A stretch of DNA of 64,000 bases, from positions 7,795 to 71,794 of the forward strand of contig JAGBDU010000038.1 in NCBI GenBank assembly GCA_017937285.1, given 5' to 3'. Made by a program: the position numbers and the translations under genes. The stretch comes from Clostridia bacterium. Its GTDB lineage: Bacteria > Bacillota > Clostridia > TANB77 > CAG-508. The notes under the pieces are model-generated. The model had not been told where the DNA came from, searched no databases, and saw nothing but the letters and a program-made list of their open reading frames with translations. Every line of letters starts with the position of its first letter. The first letter of the stretch is position 1. Below are positions 57,459-64,000 of the stretch, piece after piece.

Positions 57459-58251
57459 TTTTAAATATAAGAATGGAAAACAAATACTAAATGACATTAA
57501 TTTTACAATTAGAGATGGTGAAGTAATAAGTATAATAGGTAATAATGGAGTAGGAAAATCAACATTTCTAAAAATAATTTCAGGAATCTTAAAACCTACT
57601 AAAGGAAATGTAAAAATAGATAATATAGATGCATATCAAAGAAAAAACATGGAATTAATAAGAAAAAAAGTAGGAATAGTTTTTCAAAATCCAGATAACC
57701 AAATTTTATTTAATAATGTATATAATGACGTTGACTTTGCGTTAAAAAACTTAAATTTAGATAATAGTGATAAAAGAGTTAAAGAAGCATTAAATATGGT
57801 AGGAATGGCTGAACATATAAATGAAAATACATTTAAATTGTCTTTAGGACAAAAGCAGAGAGTTAATATTGCAAGCTGTTTAGCAATTCAGCCAAAGTAT
57901 CTTATGTTAGATGAACCTACTACTATGATAGATTCTTATGGTAAATTGCAAATATATGATATTATAAAAAAGTTAAAAGAAAATAATCAAACTATAGTAT
58001 TTATAACAAATAACATTAATGAGATATTGTTTTCTGATAGAATAATGGTTTTGGAAGAAGGAAAAATTAAACAGGTATTTAGTAAAGAAGAAATATTTGA
58101 TGATATTTCACTACTAGAAAAAAATAATATTTATATTCCAGATTTTTTAAGATTAATAATATTGTTAAATAGAAGCGGGTTAAATATAAAAATTAAAGAT
58201 TATTCAGTAGAAGAATTATCAAATAGCATTTTAAAGGAAATACGAAAATGA
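57436..58251 (+). CDS. ecfA: ECF transporter ATPase component (EcfA/CbiO type)
   Basis: GNNGVGKST, LSLGQKQR, LMLDEPT. Confidence 0.9.
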   Translation: MIEIENLSFKYKNGKQILNDINFTIRDGEVISIIGNNGVGKSTFLKIISGILKPTKGNVKIDNIDAYQRKNMELIRKKVGIVFQNPDNQILFNNVYNDVDFALKNLNLDNSDKRVKEALNMVGMAEHINENTFKLSLGQKQRVNIASCLAIQPKYLMLDEPTTMIDSYGKLQIYDIIKKLKENNQTIVFITNNINEILFSDRIMVLEEGKIKQVFSKEEIFDDISLLEKNNIYIPDFLRLIILLNRSGLNIKIKDYSVEELSNSILKEIRK

Positions 58252-58814
58252 AAAATATATTAAAATTTCTAATACTAATATTCTATTTAATATCTATTTT
58301 TTATATTAACAATATTATCGTTTTAATAATGCTTATATTAATGAATCTTTTAATTATGATATTTAATAAAATAAGTTTAAAGGGATTTTTTAAAAATATA
58401 GCATTATTATTGCCATTTGTTATTTTTACTGTTTTAATAAACTGTTTTATAATAGATTATAAATATGCAGTATTTATTGGTATAAGGCTAATATTGGCAT
58501 ATATGATTTCATATCTATTATCTAAGATGTTAACTATAAAAGATGTAGCTATAGTTATACAAAGACTGCTAATACCTTTAAAAATATTTAAAATTGATAA
58601 TAAGAAAATTGGATTGATTATTTTTATTGCATTAAGCATAATACCAAATGTTTTAAATGAATTGCAACAAAGGAAATATTCAATAAAATCAAAATCTACA
58701 AATATAAATTTGAAAAACCTTTTTTTAATTGTTAAATCAGTACTAGTTTCGATGTTGATAAAGGTAAATGAATATGAAAATGCTTTAGTATCTAAGGGAT
58801 ATTCTGGTGAATAA
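58248..58814 (+). CDS. ecfT: ECF transporter T component (CbiQ family), short form
   Basis: Multi-TM protein translationally coupled to ecfA, with C-terminal NALVSKGYSG resembling the conserved A-x-x-x-RG coupling helix. It is about 70 aa shorter than typical EcfT. Confidence 0.65.
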   Translation: MKNILKFLILIFYLISIFYINNIIVLIMLILMNLLIMIFNKISLKGFFKNIALLLPFVIFTVLINCFIIDYKYAVFIGIRLILAYMISYLLSKMLTIKDVAIVIQRLLIPLKIFKIDNKKIGLIIFIALSIIPNVLNELQQRKYSIKSKSTNINLKNLFLIVKSVLVSMLIKVNEYENALVSKGYSGE

Positions 58815-58905
58815 TTGACAAATTATGTAAAGTGTGCTAAAATATTCTTGTACGCGACTTAAAGTCATCAAACCATATCCGTATATTACGAAAGGAGTTT
58901 TTACT

Positions 58906-59841
58906 ATGGAAGAGCGGACATTTCATGCTTTGATGCGCGAAGTTTGTGCTGAAATGGGAATCAAAATGGAGGATCTTTCTTTTGGCTGGATTCTGCAGCT
59001 GTCTAAGGATGGCAAGGTAAGGCACATTACAGGCAGAAGATTTGATCTTAATCCCGAAGCAACTGGAGACATCGCATGTGACAAGTATGCTACCTATGAG
59101 GTTCTTAACTCTCAGAGTGTACCTGTAATCAAACATACGATGATCTTCAACCCTGCAACCAGAGCTTCTCTTATCGGAGATGATGGCATTTGGCTCACAG
59201 TCACTTCTGAATTTCTGAAGTATGGTTGTTTAGTTGTAAAACCGAACAATGGCTGCGAGGGCAATGGTGTATCCTTATGCCATTCTTTAAAAGAAGTAGA
59301 GGGTGCTGTCCAGAAACTCTTTAAATCCCAGAACTCTGTAAGTATCTGTCCTTATTATGATATTAGGACAGAATACAGAACATTCTATCTTGACGGCAAA
59401 GTTCATCTCATTTATGGAAAAACCAAACCTTATGTCACAGGTAATGGTAAGTCCACAATCGCTGAACTGATTGAAGAGTTAAATCTTCCGGATAAGAGTG
59501 TGGTGCAGGAAAACCTTAAGGAACTGGATTTAACCTATGTTCCTGCTGTGGACGAAAAAGTTAATATTTCATGGAAACACAACCTTAGCGGAGGTGCTAC
59601 GCCGACAATTTTAGCTAAAGGCGAACTTTATGATAAGATTGAGAAGCTTGCAATTGATGCTGGTAAGGCTATGAATATCAACTTTGCAACCATTGACATC
59701 ATTGAAACGACAGACGACAAGTTATATGTGCTTGAAATTAATTCCGGAATTGGAGCTACAATTTTTGTGGAATCAGTTGATGGAGGATATGAAATTATCA
59801 AGGACATATACAGACAGGCTATTAAGAAACTGTTTCAGTAA
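58906..59841 (+). CDS. ATP-grasp fold ligase of unknown specificity
   Basis: AAAGGAG then ATG at 58906. LVVKPNNGCEGNGV..., ...YVLEINSGIG resembles the RimK/ATP-grasp pattern. Clearly the most G+C-rich gene in the window. A terminator lies at 59845-59880. Confidence 0.7.
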   Translation: MEERTFHALMREVCAEMGIKMEDLSFGWILQLSKDGKVRHITGRRFDLNPEATGDIACDKYATYEVLNSQSVPVIKHTMIFNPATRASLIGDDGIWLTVTSEFLKYGCLVVKPNNGCEGNGVSLCHSLKEVEGAVQKLFKSQNSVSICPYYDIRTEYRTFYLDGKVHLIYGKTKPYVTGNGKSTIAELIEELNLPDKSVVQENLKELDLTYVPAVDEKVNISWKHNLSGGATPTILAKGELYDKIEKLAIDAGKAMNINFATIDIIETTDDKLYVLEINSGIGATIFVESVDGGYEIIKDIYRQAIKKLFQ

Positions 59842-59936
59842 CAAGCGAGAAGTGGAATCTTTTTGATTCCACTTCTTTTACGTAGTTATCAAAAGGAGGT
59901 TTTTTTATTAATACCTTTAAAAATTTTGAAAAGTAT

Positions 59937-60340
59937 ATGTATGCAGTAAAAAACTTATCAGATAAGTATATAGAGCAAGTACTTAATACTATAGGAAAAT
60001 TTATAACATTTTTAAAATGCTATAAATTTAATTGGTATGATGAAAATGAATTCAATATAAATTTTGAGATGATAAATGCAAGTGATATATATTTTTATCT
60101 TTTTTTCTTACAGAAAATGGTTACAGCAAGAATATGAGAAATAAGCAGATAATACATTTAAGATTATTTTTTAGGTATTTATATATGATAAACAAAGTAT
60201 CCAGAAATATTGCTACAACAGTAACCACTGAAAAAACATATAAGCAAGAATCAGCATATTTAACAATTGAAAATGCGAAAAAATTATTACAATATTTGAA
60301 AAAGAAAGGAACGGAAAATGGGGAAAAGAGCAATATATAA
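59937..60340 (+). pseudogene. frameshifted N-terminal (core-binding) remnant of a tyrosine recombinase
   Basis: ORFs 59937-60137 and 60134-60340. ...NKQIIHLRLFFRYLYMINKVSRNIATTVTTEKTYKQESAYLTIENAKKLL matches the SAM-like N-domain pattern. The catalytic domain is absent. Confidence 0.5.
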
Positions 60341-60829
60341 TTTAATGGAATTTAAAATTTTTAATATGTTTTTTACAATTGGACAATTAGACATGTTAAT
60401 GATAATATAAGAATGTACAAAAAATCAAATTTAAAAATGTACAATTTTATGCATTAATAAATTTGAAAAATTGTACATTTTTGTATTGACATTAATAAGA
60501 CATCATTCTAGAAGCTTTAATGTTATATAAAAACACATTAGAACACGTAATGAGAGAATTTAAACTTGAAAATGAAGAAAAAAATAATAAAATAAGCCAA
60601 ATAATATTTATTTATGAACAAATTCAAGCATTAATAACTGTAAAATTATAAATATATAATTATTAAAATTAAAATAAAAAATTAGAATTAGGGAAATTAA
60701 AAATAAAAATATAATAAATTATTTTATAAAGTAATAGATAAGTAATAGATAAATATATTAAATGTAAGAAAAACAATTGTTAGGTTGAATTTCTTGTAAA
60801 AGGGAAGCATACAATGGATGGAGGGTATG

Positions 60830-61450
60830 CTATATTTTGTCATATAAAACTTTGCACAAAATCAAAGTTTTGTGCAAATAGGAGTAGGAATAATTGTCCT
60901 GAAACCTCAATAAGACCCCTCCCACCAGTTTTTATGCTTATTTGAGCCTTATAGCTGTTTAGTATTTTTTATTCAATAATTTATATTATTCTATTATTTT
61001 TACTTCTTATACTTAATTCTTACGAGCTTACTATTTAAGCCACTTTTCAGACTTTTTCTTATAATTTATCTTTGTCCATTTTTTTTGCGTGTATTTTTAA
61101 AAAAAACTGGACCATAAAATTTTTAATTCATTTTTAGTCCTACCTTGAAATTTTCCTAAAAAGCCCCAAAACCGCATAAAGCCTAGAATAGCCGTATTTT
61201 ACCGACAACAAACTATATTACCTTTTTATAAAAATGGCTTAAAATCGATTCTCGTGCGTCGCTATTTTAGGGCTTTTTCAGCTATTTGGGTATTACTATA
61301 AATTTATAGATCTGATGGCTTAAAATTACTCAAAATCGTCAAAGCCTCAGAATGACCGTATTTTACAGACAACAAGTTATATTACCTTTAAATAAAAACG
61401 CCTTAAAATCAATTCTCGTAAGCCGTTATTTTAGGCGTTTTTGAGCATTT
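60830..61450 (-). repeat. AT-rich non-coding repeat, inverted copy R4, with a tandem ~164-nt terminal unit
   Basis: Contains TTTGCACAAAATCAAAGTTTTGTGCAAA, TATAAAAATGGCTTAAAATC (reverse complement of the R1/R2 start), and CCGTATTTTAC(C/A)GACAACAA at 61192 and 61356. Confidence 0.65.
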
Positions 61451-61999
61451 TTTGTAGTTACAATATTAGTACAAATTTTAACTAATTTAATAGATGAATT
61501 TTAAGTGAGTTTATAAGTACAGATGAATAATTTATCATATAAAATAAAAAAACGTCTTAAATTTGATTTTAAGACGTCAAATAAGTAGATTGTTAGCGAG
61601 TGTATACGAGCGCTACAAGAAACTTATGCAAAGCTAATATGATTACTAATTAGGATTCATTATACAAAAATCCATGACTAATATAAGTCAATTGTTGGCG
61701 AATGAAATGAGCTTTACAAGTGACTTATGCATAGCTATCATATATAAATTTATTATATATGTAATTAAATTCTAAAACTAATAATTTATAAAATTAAAAT
61801 CTAAGTTTAAACCTAATTTAAAACAATATTTAAAATTATAAATGAATAACTTGTTAGGTTCAAATATAAAATGTCTTAAAATTGATTTTCAGACTTAATA
61901 ATTATAAATTAAATTTACAAACTGGAATTAAAAATCTGCAATTTAAACCAAACAAAATTTATTTAACAAATGTTCGTTTTATAAAAAAACACAAAATTT

Positions 62000-62340
62000 T
62001 AAAACTTTGCACAAAATTCGATTTTGTAAATCTGTAAATCAAATTTCATAAATTTAGTTAAAAATCTAAAATTTTAATAATTTATAAATTTATTAATTTT
62101 ATTTTATATTTTTTCTTAATTATATTTTATTCTAAGTTTATCTTCAGTAATTTTTTGGTACTACCTATCTCCCACTTCTGCTCTATTTTTTTATAATAAA
62201 AAAATAGTAAAAAATCACTTATTCAAAAAAAGCCTACACCCCTACTCCCTCTTGATTTTGTCCCCAAAGCTAAAAATTAGCCTACATTTGTACTTTTTTG
62301 TATTTTTCAAAAAATATAATGCTTCAAAGCCTTTATTTTC
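62000..62340 (-). repeat. AT-rich non-coding repeat, diverged inverted copy R5
   Basis: TTTGCACAAAAT, TACTACCTATCTCCCACTTCTGCTC and CCCCTACTCCCTCTTGATTTTGT parallel the reverse complement of R1. Confidence 0.5.
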
Positions 62341-62675
62341 CACAGCATTTAGCTTTAGTTTCTTTCAATCAATATAGTTAATTGAAACTACTTGTAAAGC
62401 AATTTTTTATGATATTTCTATATTTTATTGCTGCTTTTGTTACTCCATATTTATATGAAAATTTTACTATTGACTCTTTATATTTTAACTTTAATGTGAT
62501 ATTATTACCCATAGAGAGTACCTCCGATATGTTTATTTTTTCGTCACTTAAACAATATCATTTTTGGTGCTCTCTTTCAACATTTTATTTTCAATTATAC
62601 TGTGACATATCTATTTTAAACCTATATTTTGTAAACTTATCTTATATAGATATCTTAATTAAATTATTCTGATAT

Positions 62676-63254
62676 TTATTTTTGAGCAATTATATTAAAG
62701 AAATGCCAATGTTTTTGATTTCCTAGTGCAGTTGGTTTATCAACTTCTATTTCATTAAATTCAAAAATCTTAAAATCCCCAAAAAGATTTTCCACTTGTT
62801 TTTTTGTAAAAAACGTCATTTCTGATTTTGTTTTGTTCCAAGAATCTCTATCTCCTATGAAATTTCCAACAAAATAGCCTCCCGTTCTTATTGAATCTTT
62901 AATAATCTTCCAAGTATCCCTAAATCTATTGTTATTACAAAAAGAAAGACTAAAATTTGCAATAATCAAATCTGTCTTCTTTATTTTTAGATTTTCAAAG
63001 TCTTGTATTTCAAATCTAAATGATGATTGTTGTTCTTCACTCAAACGCTTTCTAATTCTTCCTTCAACATCTTCTCTGTCAATCCCCAATACTTTCCACC
63101 CTTTTTTTATTAAATAAAGTGTGTCATTTCCTTGACCACAGCCTAAATCAATTGCATCTGTTTTTTTTAAATTTATGTTTTCTATAAAATACTTTACATT
63201 TTTGTTTGGTCTATCATTTTGAGTCTTTTCATAATATTTATCGATATCTCTCAT
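62676..63254 (-). CDS. class I SAM-dependent methyltransferase (TehB-like)
   Basis: GGAAGGAG then ATG at 63254. Motif I AIDLGCGQGNDTLYL, then VLGIDRE. Confidence 0.85.
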   Translation of the reverse strand: MRDIDKYYEKTQNDRPNKNVKYFIENINLKKTDAIDLGCGQGNDTLYLIKKGWKVLGIDREDVEGRIRKRLSEEQQSSFRFEIQDFENLKIKKTDLIIANFSLSFCNNNRFRDTWKIIKDSIRTGGYFVGNFIGDRDSWNKTKSEMTFFTKKQVENLFGDFKIFEFNEIEVDKPTALGNQKHWHFFNIIAQK

Positions 63255-63489
63255 AATAACTCCTTCCATTAATTATACGTATAAGAGTATATCAACTTTT
63301 TTTTCTATTATCAACACTGTCTTGACTTTATTTTTTACATATTCATACTTAATTATGTTATCAATTACCTCATATTTCATTACACTATCAAATACTTCTG
63401 AAATTATTCTAAAAAAATTGCTTATTTTGTGACTTTTTTGAACTTCAAAACTATCACATTTTTTATTACTGATTGCCCTCAAAGTACTG

Positions 63490-63960
63490 AAAAACTTGGA
63501 TTCTTATGGGGGGTGTCATCAAAGTTTTGTGCAAAAAGGAATAGGAGTAAAAATATAGACCTCACATTTAGGTCCTACCCAGTACTTTCTAGGCTTTCCA
63601 GCCATTAGTACTTATATTGTTACTATTATTATCTTATTATATAACTTTGCATCTTCTTATTATCTAATGTTATCCAACATCTTATATTACTTTATATTTA
63701 TGACCTCTTAAAATCCATTTTAAGCTTCTTAAATATTTTATCTATAAATTTGATATTCAATTATTTTTAATCTTTAAATTTTAATTTATAACTTAATAAT
63801 TTTTAGTAATTTCTGTTTCTATCTTATAATTTTATCAAAATTGCTCAAAATGCCTAAATCTCCATATTAGCCGTATTTTACCGACAACAAACTATATGGC
63901 TAAATTATAAACAACGCTTAAAAGCGATTCTCGTAAGCCGTTATTTTAGCAGTTTTCAGA
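63490..63960 (-). repeat. AT-rich non-coding repeat, inverted copy R6
   Basis: CAAAGTTTTGTGCAAAAAGGAATAGGAG and CCGTATTTTACCGACAACAAACTATAT ... GATTCTCGTAAGCCGTTATTTTAG match R4. Confidence 0.65.
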
Positions 63961-64000
63961 GATTTCTATATATAATGATAACTATATTAATTTAATCATA

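Noticed and set aside
59684-59866. 60-aa ORF overlapping the 3' end of the ATP-grasp gene
   Set aside because: It is an alternative frame inside a well-supported CDS and has no RBS.
62382-62672. 96-aa plus-strand ORF next to the methyltransferase gene
   Set aside because: It has no RBS, an extremely Phe/Leu/Ile/Tyr-rich product typical of random AT-rich frames, and it lies in repeat-derived non-coding DNA.
63273-63482. 69-aa minus-strand ORF upstream of the methyltransferase
   Set aside because: It has a non-ATG start, no clear SD and no motifs. It could be a small real gene co-transcribed with the methyltransferase, but the evidence is insufficient to call it.

Overview
AT-rich chromosomal segment, about a quarter G+C by eye, from a spore-forming Firmicute. 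It looks Clostridia-like: yabP-yabQ-divIC, a DacF-type carboxypeptidase, Mini-RNase III, RbgA, secA-prfB and rho are all present. Positions 1-49,100 are mostly housekeeping backbone. This includes tatD, a BceRS/BceAB-type peptide-antibiotic sensing and detoxification module, a GT51 transglycosylase, rbgA, mrnC, a MacB/FtsX ABC pair, a Wzz-BY-kinase fusion, uvrB/uvrA, murD, a CBS protein, a YtvI-like permease, secA, prfB with its programmed +1 frameshift, aspartokinase and rho. The backbone is punctured by small, visibly G+C-richer insertions and decay products. These are an integrase+ASCH+GNAT islet, an IS3-family element, remnants of a serine recombinase, a tyrosine integrase and a nifS/iscS gene, a doubly frameshifted uvrB, and a frameshifted FtsX permease. 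From the rho terminator to the window end (49.1-64 kb) lies an accessory mosaic. Six copies of a 0.3-0.5 kb non-coding AT-rich repeat bracket its gene cassettes: TetR + YhgE/Pip; a type I toxin-antitoxin-like locus; FolT-FolC-EcfA-EcfT plus a foreign-looking ATP-grasp gene; and a methyltransferase. The most promising novelty is a compact operon at 31.1-34.0 kb. It encodes a GNAT, a PqqD-like small protein, two different radical-SAM/SPASM enzymes and an untracked 21-codon ORF (MEEWQMDIEEYNECGCAINGD), which makes it a candidate RiPP pathway. It sits next to one of two large near-perfect palindromic elements built on the motif TCAAGTTGGGGACGGAG. No rRNA, tRNA or CRISPR array was recognised. All calls come from reading motifs by eye; no database search or computation was possible.
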